This document shows, one piece after another, positions 10,514-20,526 of a stretch of 48,513 nt of DNA. A program made the position numbers and the translations under genes. The first letter of the stretch is position 1; each line of letters opens with the position of its first letter. The stretch is from Candidatus Pacearchaeota archaeon (GTDB lineage Archaea > Nanobdellota > Nanobdellia > Pacearchaeales > GW2011-AR1). The stretch spans positions 1 to 48,513 of the forward strand of contig SICU01000001.1 of assembly GCA_009694755.1 (NCBI GenBank), given 5' to 3'. Below the pieces are notes generated by a model. The model was given only the letters and a program-made list of their open reading frames with translations, was not told where the DNA came from and ran no database searches.

Positions 10514-11140
10514 TTATTTCTCCAAGACAATTCTAACATCTACGGATTTTCCTTCTTTTTCATTTAATATGAATGGGTTTATGTCTAATTCTTTTATGTC
10601 TTTATGATTATTAGGTAAATTAGATAGAGAGACTAAAGTTTCTTTGAGAAGCTCTGTGTTAAGTTTTATATTTCTAAAATTATGAAAAATCTTGCTTGCT
10701 TTCAATTCGTCAAGCATACTTTGTGATTCTTCTAAATTTATTGGGCATTTGCGTATAGAAATATCTTTGAATATTTCAGTGAATACTCCCCCAAGTCCTA
10801 CCATTATCACATAACCAAAAGTTAAATCTTTTTTTAAACCGATTATTAATTGTTGGCCTTCAACAAATTCTTGTGCTAAAATTCCATCCAATTTTATTTT
10901 GTTCTTTTTTGCAATCTCGACGAGCTCTTCAAATGCTTCAGAAATCTCTGTTTGATGTTTAACTATTTTAATTCCCCCAATTTCAGTTTTATGAATTGCC
11001 TGTTCTGAGACTATTTTTAAAACTAAAGGCGCTCTAAGAGTTATTTCGGCATATTTTCTTACTAATTGACATTCTGGGACAGACACGAATTTACTAATAA
11101 ATTTTTGAGAATCATAAGCGTTCAAAACCTCTTGTTTCAT
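10514..11140 (-). CDS. ADP-forming acetyl-CoA synthetase, beta/ATP-grasp subunit
   Basis: ATP-grasp_5-like sequence: PLVLKIVSEQAIHKTEIGGIKI..., QEFVEGQQLIIGLKKD..FGYVIMVGLGGVFTE, ELDINPF. Confidence 0.75.
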   Translation of the reverse strand: MKQEVLNAYDSQKFISKFVSVPECQLVRKYAEITLRAPLVLKIVSEQAIHKTEIGGIKIVKHQTEISEAFEELVEIAKKNKIKLDGILAQEFVEGQQLIIGLKKDLTFGYVIMVGLGGVFTEIFKDISIRKCPINLEESQSMLDELKASKIFHNFRNIKLNTELLKETLVSLSNLPNNHKDIKELDINPFILNEKEGKSVDVRIVLEK

Positions 11141-11228
11141 AAGAAAAGTAAGTCTCTTCTTGTTAAATACTTTTGTAGAACATTTAAGCCTAAAAAATAT
11201 TTAAATAAGCTCATTGCTAAATAGCAAT

Positions 11229-11489
11229 ATGACTTTGTATATGTTTTATGGAACGGAATGCGTGCATTGTCATGAAATGATTCCATTTATTGAAAAATTA
11301 GAAAAAGAAGAGAAAGTCGTTTTTATGAGGCTTGAAACTTGGCATAATTCTGCAAACGCTAAAAAATTACAAGGATTTGATTGTGGAAAATGTGGAGCCG
11401 TGCCTTTTTTTTATAATGACGAAACAAAAAAATTTATTTGTGGTGCGACTAACTTTGAAGCGTTGAAAAAATTAGCTTTGGGAAATTAA
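11229..11489 (+). CDS. Thioredoxin/glutaredoxin-fold small protein
   Basis: MTLYMFYGTECVHCHEM (CxxC) and a later CGKCGAVPFF. Confidence 0.6.
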   Translation: MTLYMFYGTECVHCHEMIPFIEKLEKEEKVVFMRLETWHNSANAKKLQGFDCGKCGAVPFFYNDETKKFICGATNFEALKKLALGN

Positions 11490-11797
11490 CTTAACCTAGA
11501 AGAAATTTTTTCGTAAAGATTATCGACTTTTTCTCCTTTGAAAGAAAAATGTTCTTCATCGATAAAACATTTTGTAATGTCTAATTGCGGATTTTTAGGA
11601 CCATAAATTACTCCGACAAATTTCTCTTTTTTATAAATTAAATCTACTACAAAATTAGTTTCAGATATTTTTCGCCAATTAACCTTTGAAGAATCGGACA
11701 AAAGTTCTTCGTATAATGGCAGAAAATCTATTGTGGCTCTTGTTTTAGGCGAGCGAGTAACATGTTCGATAGCTTCTTCAATAAATGAATATTCCAT
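11486..11797 (-). CDS. Hypothetical protein
   Basis: 103-aa ORF, convergent with the thioredoxin-like gene. No motif recognised. Confidence 0.45.
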   Translation of the reverse strand: MEYSFIEEAIEHVTRSPKTRATIDFLPLYEELLSDSSKVNWRKISETNFVVDLIYKKEKFVGVIYGPKNPQLDITKCFIDEEHFSFKGEKVDNLYEKISSRLS

Positions 11798-11916
11798 AAT
11801 TTTTAGTTAAATTATTGCTTTAAAAATCTAACTTTTAGTGTTTATCTAAACCTGACTTGAAATTTACAGTTTGTCAATATTTATAAAGTTCCTACGTCTT
11901 TTTTTATAGAGGAGTG

Positions 11917-13059
11917 ATGAGAAAAATTATAGCGAATTTTGAAGTGCCTTATTTGCAAATTTTGAACGAAAACGGAAAATTTGATGAAAAGGATTTGCCG
12001 AAAATTTCTGAAGAAAATTTAAAAAAAATGTATGAGTTTATGATTTTAACTCGTGTTTTTGATGATAAGGCTTGGAAATTACAGAGACAAGGACGTTTAG
12101 GAACTTATGCTCAAATGAAAGGGCAAGAAGCTTGTCAAATTGGAAGTGCTTTTGCTTTGGAAAAAAATGATTTAATTTTTCCAGCATTTAGAGAAAATGG
12201 AATATTTATGATTAAAGGAGTTTTACCTGAAATGCTTTTTCGTTATTGGGCGGGAGATGAAAGAGGTATGCAAATTCCAAGTAAAATAAATATTTTTCCA
12301 ATATCTATAACTGTTGGCTCACACTTACCTCACGCTGTCGGTGCGGCAATGGCTTTTAAATATCTTGAACAAAAAAATGTTTCAGTTGTTTATTTTGGTG
12401 ATGGTGCGACATCCGAAGGAGATTTTCACGAAGCGATGAATTTTGCAGGAGTGTATAAATCTCCTTGCATTTTTATTTGCGAAAATAATCAATGGGCAAT
12501 ATCTGTTCCAGTTAAAGAACAAACTGCTTCGCAAACAATTGCTCAAAAAGCGATTGCTTATGGGTTTCCAGGAATACAAGTTGACGGAAATGATTTATTT
12601 TCTGTCTACAAGGCCACGAGCGAAGCTGTTGCACGAGCGAGAAAGGGAGAAGGTCCAACTTTAATTGAATGTTTTACTTATCGTATTGGAGACCACACAA
12701 CTTCAGATGATTCTAAAAGATATCGTTCTGAAAATGAAGTTCGCGAATGGGAAAAAAAAGACCCGATAATTAGATTTGAAAATTATTTGTTGCAAAAGAA
12801 AATAATAAATCCTGCATTAATTGGTAAAATAAAATCTGAATCTGAAGCTCAAATTGAACGTGCAGTGTCTCTTGCCGAATCTGCTAAACCTCAATCACCA
12901 ACTGAAATGTTTAATTATTTATATCAAGATTTAACTTCTAATTTAAAGGAACAAATGGAACAATCTAAAAGAGAAAATAAAGTTATTACTAAAAATGTTG
13001 GTGCCTCTGAACGCGCTGTTGAAAATGCAGGTGTCGTCGGAGAATTGGAGGAAGCGTGA
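11917..13059 (+). CDS. 2-oxoacid dehydrogenase E1 component alpha subunit (TPP-dependent)
   Basis: YFGDGATSEGDFHEAMNFAGVYKSPCIFICENNQWAIS TPP-binding motif. GGAG lies just upstream of the GTG/ATG at 11914/11917. Confidence 0.9.
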   Translation: MRKIIANFEVPYLQILNENGKFDEKDLPKISEENLKKMYEFMILTRVFDDKAWKLQRQGRLGTYAQMKGQEACQIGSAFALEKNDLIFPAFRENGIFMIKGVLPEMLFRYWAGDERGMQIPSKINIFPISITVGSHLPHAVGAAMAFKYLEQKNVSVVYFGDGATSEGDFHEAMNFAGVYKSPCIFICENNQWAISVPVKEQTASQTIAQKAIAYGFPGIQVDGNDLFSVYKATSEAVARARKGEGPTLIECFTYRIGDHTTSDDSKRYRSENEVREWEKKDPIIRFENYLLQKKIINPALIGKIKSESEAQIERAVSLAESAKPQSPTEMFNYLYQDLTSNLKEQMEQSKRENKVITKNVGASERAVENAGVVGELEEA

Positions 13060-13781
13060 CTTTGGAAATTAAATTATTAGACTTGGGACGTATTTCTTAT
13101 GCTGATGGTTGGATTCATCAAAAACGAATTTTTAATGAACGTCGTGCCGATATAATTTCAGACCATTTATTATTTGCAGAACACAATCCAGTTATCACGC
13201 TTGGTGCTGACCCTCGCTGGAATAAAGTTCACGTTAGTCCTGAACAAATATCTTCTGCTGGCGTGGATTATGTTCAGAGTGAACGTGGAGGAGGCACCGC
13301 GTATCTCGGGCCAGGACAATTAATTGGATATACAATTATGAATATTGCACCTTATGGTGGCGTTTTGAATTTTATGATTAAGTTGGAAGAAACGATGATT
13401 AAAACTGCGCAAGATTTTGGAATAAATGTTCAAAGGAGAGATACGCATAATCCGACAACTGAAAAACCTTATCGGGCTACTTGGTATCTTGATGAAGGCA
13501 AACCGAAAGTTTTATGCACGAAAGGAATAAAAGTTGCGCTTGCAGGAAATTCAATTTATACGCATCACGGATTTGCGTTGAATGTTAACCGACCTACACA
13601 AAATTATTTTCATTTTGTGGACCAATGCGGTTTTCCAGCTTCAGAAGTTGAACCGATTTATATGAGTGATATTCTTGGTAAAAATCTTTGTCTTGATGAT
13701 GTTAAAAAATCTATTGCTCACAATTTCAGAAAAATTTTTGCACAACCAAAATTATGTAAAGGAGTTTTAGCACATGAATAA
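13056..13781 (+). CDS. lipB: Octanoyl/lipoyl transferase (LipB-like)
   Basis: SERGGGTAYLGPGQLIGY, KGIKVA, HGFALNVN and QCGF resemble the LipB RGG..TYHGPGQ / K / HG.ALNV / PCG motifs. GTGA overlap with the E1 alpha stop. Confidence 0.7.
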   Translation: MTLEIKLLDLGRISYADGWIHQKRIFNERRADIISDHLLFAEHNPVITLGADPRWNKVHVSPEQISSAGVDYVQSERGGGTAYLGPGQLIGYTIMNIAPYGGVLNFMIKLEETMIKTAQDFGINVQRRDTHNPTTEKPYRATWYLDEGKPKVLCTKGIKVALAGNSIYTHHGFALNVNRPTQNYFHFVDQCGFPASEVEPIYMSDILGKNLCLDDVKKSIAHNFRKIFAQPKLCKGVLAHE

Positions 13782-13853
13782 AATTGATTCTCATTTTTTA
13801 GATGCAAACAAATTCTTCAAAAAGAGAATTTGTTGTATCGGAGATTTCGAATT

Positions 13854-14840
13854 ATGAGCAACATGAATATGGTTGAAGCTTTGAATGACGCGTTGCGTTT
13901 GGAAATGAAACGCGACAAAAATATTGTTTTAATTGGAGAAGATGTTGGAGAAGAGGGAGGAGTTTTCAGAGTTACTGACGGACTTGCGAAAGAATTCGGT
14001 AACGAACGAGTTATGGACTCTCCGCTCGCTGAAAGTGGAATTGTTGGAACAAGTATTGGAATGGCTGTTGTTGGTTTGAAACCTATTTGCGAAATTCAAT
14101 TTGAGGGATTTATTTTTCCTGCGATTGACCAACTTGTTTCTCACGCGTCTAGAATAAGAAATCGTTCGCGCGGAAGATTTAGCGTGCCGATGGTTGTGCG
14201 TTGTCCAATTGGAGGAGGAATCAAAGCGTTAGAACATCATAGCGATTCGCCCGAATCTTATTTTGTTCATACTCCTGGATTAAAAGTTGTTATGCCTTCT
14301 GGACCTTACGATGCAAAAGGACTTTTGACTTCTGCGATTCGCGACCCAGATACAGTTATATTTTTTGAACCTAAAAAAATTTATCGAGCAATTAAAGAAG
14401 AAGTTCCTTCTGAAAGTTATGCTATTCCTTTGGGAAAAGCACATGTGATAAAAGAGGGAAAAGATGTGACTTTGATTGCTTATGGTGCGTGGGTTAAAAC
14501 TGCTAAAGAAGTTGTTGAGCAAATGAAAAATGTTGACATTGAACTTATTGATTTGAGAACTTTATCTCCTTTGGATACTGAAACAATTATTGATAGTGTT
14601 CAAAAAACAGGTAAATGTGTAATTGTTCAGGAATCTCCTCGAACTCTTGGACTGGCTTCGGAAATTATCGCTCGCATAAATGAAAAAGCGTTTTATTCTT
14701 TGGAAGCACCGATTGAAAGAGTTACGGGTTTTGATACGATTGTTCCGTTAAGATTGCACGAAGAATATTATCTTCCTTCCGTTGAAAAAATTTCCAATGC
14801 GATTGAAAAAGTTATGAAAAATGCTAAAGGGCTTTCTTGA
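13854..14840 (+). CDS. 2-oxoacid dehydrogenase E1 component beta subunit
   Basis: MNMVEALNDAL..IGEDVGEEGGVFRVTDGL..RVMDSPLAESGIVG. The ATG at 13854 is preferred over the track's TTG at 13830. Confidence 0.9.
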   Translation: MSNMNMVEALNDALRLEMKRDKNIVLIGEDVGEEGGVFRVTDGLAKEFGNERVMDSPLAESGIVGTSIGMAVVGLKPICEIQFEGFIFPAIDQLVSHASRIRNRSRGRFSVPMVVRCPIGGGIKALEHHSDSPESYFVHTPGLKVVMPSGPYDAKGLLTSAIRDPDTVIFFEPKKIYRAIKEEVPSESYAIPLGKAHVIKEGKDVTLIAYGAWVKTAKEVVEQMKNVDIELIDLRTLSPLDTETIIDSVQKTGKCVIVQESPRTLGLASEIIARINEKAFYSLEAPIERVTGFDTIVPLRLHEEYYLPSVEKISNAIEKVMKNAKGLS

Positions 14841-16027
14841 TGGTTTTTGAATTTAAACTTCCAGATATTGGTGAAGGAATTGTTGAGGCTACAATTGTAG
14901 ATTGGTTTGTTACCGAAGGAGATTCTGTAAAAAATGATCAGATTATTGTGAAAATTGAAACTGATAAAGCCGTTGCTGACTTGCCTTCTCCTGTTGCTGG
15001 GACTATTTTGAAAATTAATTTTCTGAAAAGTGCTCTTGTTAATGTTGGTGCAACGTTATGCTTAATTGGGGGAAAAGGCGAAAAAATAGAAATTAAAAAA
15101 AATGAAACTATTATAAAAAAAATATTTGAAAAATCTGTTATCTCCGAAAAAGTTCTTGCATCTCCTGTTGTGAGAAAATCTGCTATTGAAAGAGGAATTG
15201 ATTTATCTTCTATAAAGTCAGGTCGTGACGGGGGAAGAATATTATTAACCGATTTGGATATTTCTGCTAAGGTTAAAGTTGATGTTCAAAAATCTGCGAA
15301 TTTTGTTTCTCAAAAAAAGTATGATTTATTTGGTTATGTTGAACGCGTGCCGTTTAAAGGCGTTCGTAAAATAATTGCTCAAAATATGATTAAATCTCTT
15401 TCTCAAACTGCACAAGTTACTTCTATGGAAGATATTGATGTGACTCAATTATGGGACTTACGAAAGCGTGAAAAGGAACATTTTGAAATTGAAGGAATTA
15501 AACTGACATTTATGCCTTTTGTGATTAAAGCAGTTATTTCTGCTTTGCAGAAACATCCTATTTTGAATTCTTCTTTAGAAGGTGATGAAATCATTGTTAA
15601 AAAATACTATAATATTGGTGTGGCAGTTCAGACAGAAGCGGGATTGATGGTTCCAGTTGTGAAGATTGCTGAAAAAAAGAGCATCTCTGAAATAGCTAAA
15701 GAAATTGCTGGTTTGGCTAACAGATGTAAAGATAGAACTATTGATATAATGGATTTGAAAGGTGCTACTTTTACTATTACCAATTATGGTTCTGTTGGAG
15801 GAACTTACGGTACACCGATTATTAATCCAGGAGAATCTGCAATTTTAGGGACTGGAAGAATATTTGATAGAGTTGTTTTGGATAACGTGACAAATAAACC
15901 TAAGAATATTAAAATTTTACCTGTTTCACTCACATTTGACCATCAGATAATTGATGGAGCTATTGCAAATGAGTTTTTGAAAACGTTAAAGAATTTGCTT
16001 GAAGAACCAAATCAGCTTTTTGGATAA
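14840..16027 (+). CDS. 2-oxoacid dehydrogenase E2 (dihydrolipoamide acyltransferase)
   Basis: Lipoyl domain (IETDKAVADLPSP), E3/E1-binding segment (ASPVVRKSAIERGIDLS) and catalytic DHQIIDG. The start overlaps the E1 beta stop. Confidence 0.9.
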   Translation: MVFEFKLPDIGEGIVEATIVDWFVTEGDSVKNDQIIVKIETDKAVADLPSPVAGTILKINFLKSALVNVGATLCLIGGKGEKIEIKKNETIIKKIFEKSVISEKVLASPVVRKSAIERGIDLSSIKSGRDGGRILLTDLDISAKVKVDVQKSANFVSQKKYDLFGYVERVPFKGVRKIIAQNMIKSLSQTAQVTSMEDIDVTQLWDLRKREKEHFEIEGIKLTFMPFVIKAVISALQKHPILNSSLEGDEIIVKKYYNIGVAVQTEAGLMVPVVKIAEKKSISEIAKEIAGLANRCKDRTIDIMDLKGATFTITNYGSVGGTYGTPIINPGESAILGTGRIFDRVVLDNVTNKPKNIKILPVSLTFDHQIIDGAIANEFLKTLKNLLEEPNQLFG

Positions 16028-16058
16028 AGATTAAATATAACCATTTGTTTGTGTATTT

Positions 16059-17519
16059 ATGGTTATGGATTTGTCTGGTTTTTTTAAGCCTACTAATGTT
16101 GCTGTTGTTGGAGCGTCAAGAAACCCGGCGAAAGTAGGACACGTTATTTTAAAAAATTTAATTGATGGCGGTTTCAAAGGACGAATATTCCCGATAAATC
16201 CCGAAGCTGAAAATGTTTTAGGTTATAGAGTTTATTCTTCTCTTTTGAAAGTTTCTGAAAATATTGATTTAGCGATTATCGCAATTCCTGCCGAATATGT
16301 TCTTGAAATTATTGAGGATTGCAAAAAAAAGAAAATTAAAGATGTTTTAATTATTACTTCTGGATTTGGAGAAGTCGGAAATGATGTTCTTGAAAAAAAA
16401 TTGAAGTCGAAACTTGATTCTTACGGAATGCGTTGCGTCGGAGTTAATTGTCTAGGAATATTTGATGCATATCATAAATTTGACACTTTATTTTTACCGC
16501 GTTACAGATTAACTCGTCCTAAACCTGGAGGAATTAGTTTTGTTTGTCAAAGCGGAGCTATTGGTTCGGCGATTTTGGATATTGCGTCTACAAGCGGACA
16601 TACTTTTTCTAAATTTGTAAGTTACGGAAACGCCACACAAATAGATGAATCTGATTTCCTTGAATATTTAGGCAATGACGAAACTACTAAAGTTATTTGT
16701 TTGTATGTTGAAGGAATTAAAAACGGAGAAAAATTCTTTAACGTTTTGAAAAAAGTCACAGCACAAAAACCAGTTATTGTTTTGAAGGGTGGTTTGACTG
16801 ACGAAGGTAAACGTGCGACTATTTCCCATACTGGAGCTTTAGCTGGAGACAGCGAAGTATTTTTCGGAATTTTGGAACAAACAAATGCTATTCGTGCTTC
16901 ATCGCTCAAGGAAATGTTTCACATTGCATCGTTAGTTGAAAAATCTGTTTCGTTCCGTTCTAATCGTTTGCAAATTATAACTAATGGTGGAGGTTACGGG
17001 ATTATTTCTGCAGATGCTATTGCTTCTTCTAAACATATTAAATTTGCAGTTATTTCTCCTCAAACAAATTTAGAAATAAAAAAATTTGCACCGAAATATA
17101 TGAATGTAGGTAATCCTCTTGATTTATTGGGCGACGCTACAACTGAAAGATATAAACGTGCTCTTGAAGTTTGTTTGAAAGATTCTGGCGTCGATGGAAT
17201 TTTACTCATTGCATTGTATCAAACCCCTTTGCTTACAACTGAAATTGTTGAAATTATTTCGGAATCACACCGTTCTTCGCAAAAACCAATTATTGTTGTT
17301 TCGACTGGTGGGGAATTTACTGATTTGCTTTCGCGTTCTTTACGTGAAAGAGGTTTGTCAGTTTTCTCATTTCCCGATGAAGCGATATCTGCTCTTGATA
17401 AATTAATTGCTTATCAGTTAAGAATTAAGCATAATCAAAAAACTAATGAAAAAAAAATTTCTGAAGAAAAAAAAGTTGTTAAAAAAAGTTTAAAAATTGT
17501 AAAAAAGAAAAAAAAGTGA
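16059..17519 (+). CDS. ADP-forming acetyl-CoA synthetase, alpha subunit (CoA-binding/ligase-CoA domains)
   Basis: FFKPTNVAVVGASRNPAKVGH, ISFVCQSGAIG and SHTGALAG (phospho-His loop). Lys-rich C-terminal tail. Confidence 0.85.
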   Translation: MVMDLSGFFKPTNVAVVGASRNPAKVGHVILKNLIDGGFKGRIFPINPEAENVLGYRVYSSLLKVSENIDLAIIAIPAEYVLEIIEDCKKKKIKDVLIITSGFGEVGNDVLEKKLKSKLDSYGMRCVGVNCLGIFDAYHKFDTLFLPRYRLTRPKPGGISFVCQSGAIGSAILDIASTSGHTFSKFVSYGNATQIDESDFLEYLGNDETTKVICLYVEGIKNGEKFFNVLKKVTAQKPVIVLKGGLTDEGKRATISHTGALAGDSEVFFGILEQTNAIRASSLKEMFHIASLVEKSVSFRSNRLQIITNGGGYGIISADAIASSKHIKFAVISPQTNLEIKKFAPKYMNVGNPLDLLGDATTERYKRALEVCLKDSGVDGILLIALYQTPLLTTEIVEIISESHRSSQKPIIVVSTGGEFTDLLSRSLRERGLSVFSFPDEAISALDKLIAYQLRIKHNQKTNEKKISEEKKVVKKSLKIVKKKKK

Positions 17520-17561
17520 TTTAGGAAGATATATAAAATAAAGGGGAGTTTTATTGAAAAG

Positions 17562-18716
17562 ATGGTGCATATTTCTGAACGCGATTTGCAATTGCCTGAA
17601 CTGGAGTTTCCTAAAATTTTTGAACGAGTTGTTACGGATAAAAAAGTAATAAGTCTTGGTCCTGGCGAACCTGATTTTTCTACGCCCGCTCCACTTCTTG
17701 ATTATGCAAAAAAAGTAATTGCTAAATCCACACATTATTCTGAACCTGCTGGACTTTTAGAACTACGTGAAGCACTTGTTAAAAAATTAAAACGATTTAA
17801 TAATATTGAAGTTACACCTGAAGAAATTGTCGTTACATCTGGAAGTCAAGAGGGATTATTTTCTGCATTATTGACAGCTTTAGACCCGACTGAACAAGTT
17901 CTCGTTCCTTCTCCTGGCTACGTCGGTTATATTCCTGCGATTGATTTAGTTAGTGCAACTCCTGTTTTTGTGCCGTTACGCGAAGAAGAAAATTTCGCAT
18001 TAAATCCAGATGTGTTGAAAAAATATATTGTTTCTAAAAAATCTAAAGTTTTAATTTTGAATACTCCGAGCAATCCGACTGGAACAATTATGTCGCGAAA
18101 ATTAATGGAAGAAATAGCGGACATTGTTGTGGAAAATGATTTGCTTGTTTTTTCAGATGAAGCTTATGAAGATATTGTTTATGATGGAGCTAAACATATT
18201 TCTATGGCTTCGCTTAATGGAATGCAAGAACATGTTACAACCTTTCATACTTTTTCAAAAAGTTATGCGATGTGTGGTTTTCGTTTAGGATATTGTAGCG
18301 GTCCTAAAAAATTTATTTCTGAAATGATAAAAAATCATCATTATGTTACAATTTCTGCTCCCACGATTTCTCAATTGATGGGTATTCGTGCTTTGTCTCT
18401 TGCTCCTAAATATCTTAATTCTATGGTTAAAGAATACGATAATCGAAGAAAATTAATTGTTAACGGGCTTAATAAAATTGGGATGAAAACGAATATGCCT
18501 ACTGGAGCTTTTTATACTTTTTCAAACATTAAAGATTTTGGAATGAATAGCTCTGTATTTGCTCGTAGATTATTGAATGAATCTCATGTAGCCGTAATAC
18601 CTGGAACTGAATTTGGGCCGTTTGGAGAAGGATATGTGAGATGTAGTTTCGCAACGGCGTATGATAAAATAGAAACTGCTCTTGAACGAATCGAGAAGTT
18701 TGTGCAAAAGAATTAA
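17562..18716 (+). CDS. Class I/II PLP-dependent aminotransferase (aspartate aminotransferase-like)
   Basis: LNTPSNPTG, SDEAYEDIVYD and FSKSYAMCGFRLGY (PLP lysine). Confidence 0.9.
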   Translation: MVHISERDLQLPELEFPKIFERVVTDKKVISLGPGEPDFSTPAPLLDYAKKVIAKSTHYSEPAGLLELREALVKKLKRFNNIEVTPEEIVVTSGSQEGLFSALLTALDPTEQVLVPSPGYVGYIPAIDLVSATPVFVPLREEENFALNPDVLKKYIVSKKSKVLILNTPSNPTGTIMSRKLMEEIADIVVENDLLVFSDEAYEDIVYDGAKHISMASLNGMQEHVTTFHTFSKSYAMCGFRLGYCSGPKKFISEMIKNHHYVTISAPTISQLMGIRALSLAPKYLNSMVKEYDNRRKLIVNGLNKIGMKTNMPTGAFYTFSNIKDFGMNSSVFARRLLNESHVAVIPGTEFGPFGEGYVRCSFATAYDKIETALERIEKFVQKN

Positions 18717-18731
18717 AAGTCGATTTATAAT

Positions 18732-18989
18732 TTATTGATTATGGACAAATACAGCATCTTGTATTTTCTTTTTAAGACCTTGTGCGTAACCACCTAATTT
18801 TCCATCTGTGTTTATGACTCTGTGACAAGGAACTTCTGGTGCATAGGGATTTTTGTTCATTGCGTTGCCTACTGCTCTGTATGCTTTTGTTTTTAACGTA
18901 TTTGCTAGTGCTTTGTATGTTGTGATTTTACCTTTTGGAACTTTTCTTAGAAGATTGTAGCAACGCTCGTTGAAGGATTGTTTTTTCAT
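18732..18989 (-). CDS. ogt: Methylated-DNA-protein-cysteine methyltransferase (C-terminal domain only)
   Basis: VPKGKITTYKALA...VPCHRVI active site. ATG 18989-18987 overlaps the ogg TGA (ATGA). Confidence 0.85.
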   Translation of the reverse strand: MKKQSFNERCYNLLRKVPKGKITTYKALANTLKTKAYRAVGNAMNKNPYAPEVPCHRVINTDGKLGGYAQGLKKKIQDAVFVHNQ

Positions 18990-19612
18990 TTTGCTATTTC
19001 GCCAGTTTGTAAATACCACAACATTAAATCTAATTTTGCAGGCGTCATTCGAAGTGTGCTGGCGATATTTACGAAAACTTGTTCTATTTCTTTGTATTTT
19101 TGAATGTTGAGATTTTTAGGTTTTAAGATAATTTTTTGGTCTACTAATATATTGAGAATATGCCTGTCTAAAATTGCAAGATTTTGACCGCCCGTATTTC
19201 TTATAAAATGTGATGCTTCTTTCATGCCGATGCCTTGAATATTTTGAACTAACCAATCGCGTGCTTGATTTTCAGGCATATTTTGAATTATTGATTTTAT
19301 ATTTGCAAATTGTCTTGCGAGAACTATGTATTTTGCTTTGATGTTGTGAAATCGATGTTTATTTAATTTTATTAAATTTGTTAAAGTTTCTTGAGATAAT
19401 GTTTTGAAACCTTCTGCGTTTATTTGTGACTGAATTTCTGCGCTTGTTTTTTGCTTTGCATTTGCTGTAAGAATACAAAAACAAAGTTCTGAAAACCATT
19501 CATCTTCAGATTTTTTTTTGAAAGAAGCGAATTCTGCTAAACGTCTTTCTGTTAAATCATTAATCTCTGATTGTTCCAATTGACGAACTTTGTCAAGAAG
19601 TTCTTTCATCAA
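18986..19612 (-). CDS. ogg: N-glycosylase/DNA lyase (archaeal Ogg2-type 8-oxoguanine glycosylase)
   Basis: HhH-GPD features: GIGMKEASHFIRNTGGQNLAILDRHIL. Confidence 0.8.
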   Translation of the reverse strand: MMKELLDKVRQLEQSEINDLTERRLAEFASFKKKSEDEWFSELCFCILTANAKQKTSAEIQSQINAEGFKTLSQETLTNLIKLNKHRFHNIKAKYIVLARQFANIKSIIQNMPENQARDWLVQNIQGIGMKEASHFIRNTGGQNLAILDRHILNILVDQKIILKPKNLNIQKYKEIEQVFVNIASTLRMTPAKLDLMLWYLQTGEIAK

Positions 19613-19643
19613 TTAACTAACAAATACGAGCATAAATAACTTG

Positions 19644-20393
19644 CTATTCTAATAAAAGTAAAGACGCCATCACTAATATGCCGATTATTAATGCAACAAG
19701 TTGTAAAATTGATTTTTTAGTTTCGACATTTTTATGTAATTCTGGAATTAAATCAGCTCCGGCAATATAAACGAAACCGCCAATTGCTATTGGGAGAATA
19801 ATTTGTGAAATTAAAGGTATGAATTTTGTTGCAACTAATGCGATTATTGCTCCTAAAATTGCTGTGCAAGCTGAAAGGAAGTTGAACAATAAGGCTTTCT
19901 TTTTTGAAAATCCTCCTTGTAAGAGAACTCCGAAATCGCTGATTTCTTGAGGAATTTCGTGAAATATTACTGCTAAAGTTGTTGCTAATCCTAAAGGAAT
20001 GCTGACAATATAACTTGCACCGATTATTAATCCGTCTATTAAATTATGGAATCCGTCTCCTACTAAATTGATAATTGCGAATGGATGTTTGTGCTCTTTT
20101 GTTTGTGGTAAATGACAATGTTGCCAACGAACTATTTTTTCAATTATAAAAAATAGAACTATTCCTCCAAGAATCCAAAAAGATGTGCTTAACGTGAAAG
20201 AATTTTCTTCTATTAACTCTGGAATTAAATGAAGAAACGCATCGCCTAATAATGCTCCTGCTGCAAAACTTACTAAATAAATTAAAATTTTATGTAAACG
20301 TTTTGTATTTATTGAGAGAGTAAATACTCCGATAAATGAAATTAAACTTATAATTAAGACACTTGATAAAACATATAACCAAACTAATTGCAT
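19644..20393 (-). CDS. ZIP-family divalent metal transporter (ZupT-like)
   Basis: Polytopic. HNLIDGLIIG, FHEIPQEISDFGVL and a His-rich loop HCHLPQTKEHKH. Confidence 0.85.
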   Translation of the reverse strand: MQLVWLYVLSSVLIISLISFIGVFTLSINTKRLHKILIYLVSFAAGALLGDAFLHLIPELIEENSFTLSTSFWILGGIVLFFIIEKIVRWQHCHLPQTKEHKHPFAIINLVGDGFHNLIDGLIIGASYIVSIPLGLATTLAVIFHEIPQEISDFGVLLQGGFSKKKALLFNFLSACTAILGAIIALVATKFIPLISQIILPIAIGGFVYIAGADLIPELHKNVETKKSILQLVALIIGILVMASLLLLE

Positions 20394-20503
20394 TTATATT
20401 ATTAAGAGAGGAGTTATTTAAATCCTATTGATTAAGATTATCAATAACGATTAATTTTTCTATTTTTCATGTAAATCTTACAATAAAGATAATTTTATAA
20501 ACG

Positions 20504-20526
20504 TTATTGATTTCTATTATCAATAA
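20504..20526. promoter_or_regulatory. Candidate Fur/Zur operator (perfect 8-bp inverted repeat TTATTGAT-N7-ATCAATAA)
   Basis: Sits in the divergent ZIP/Fur intergenic region. A further TTATCAATAA copy lies at 20438-20447. Confidence 0.4.
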
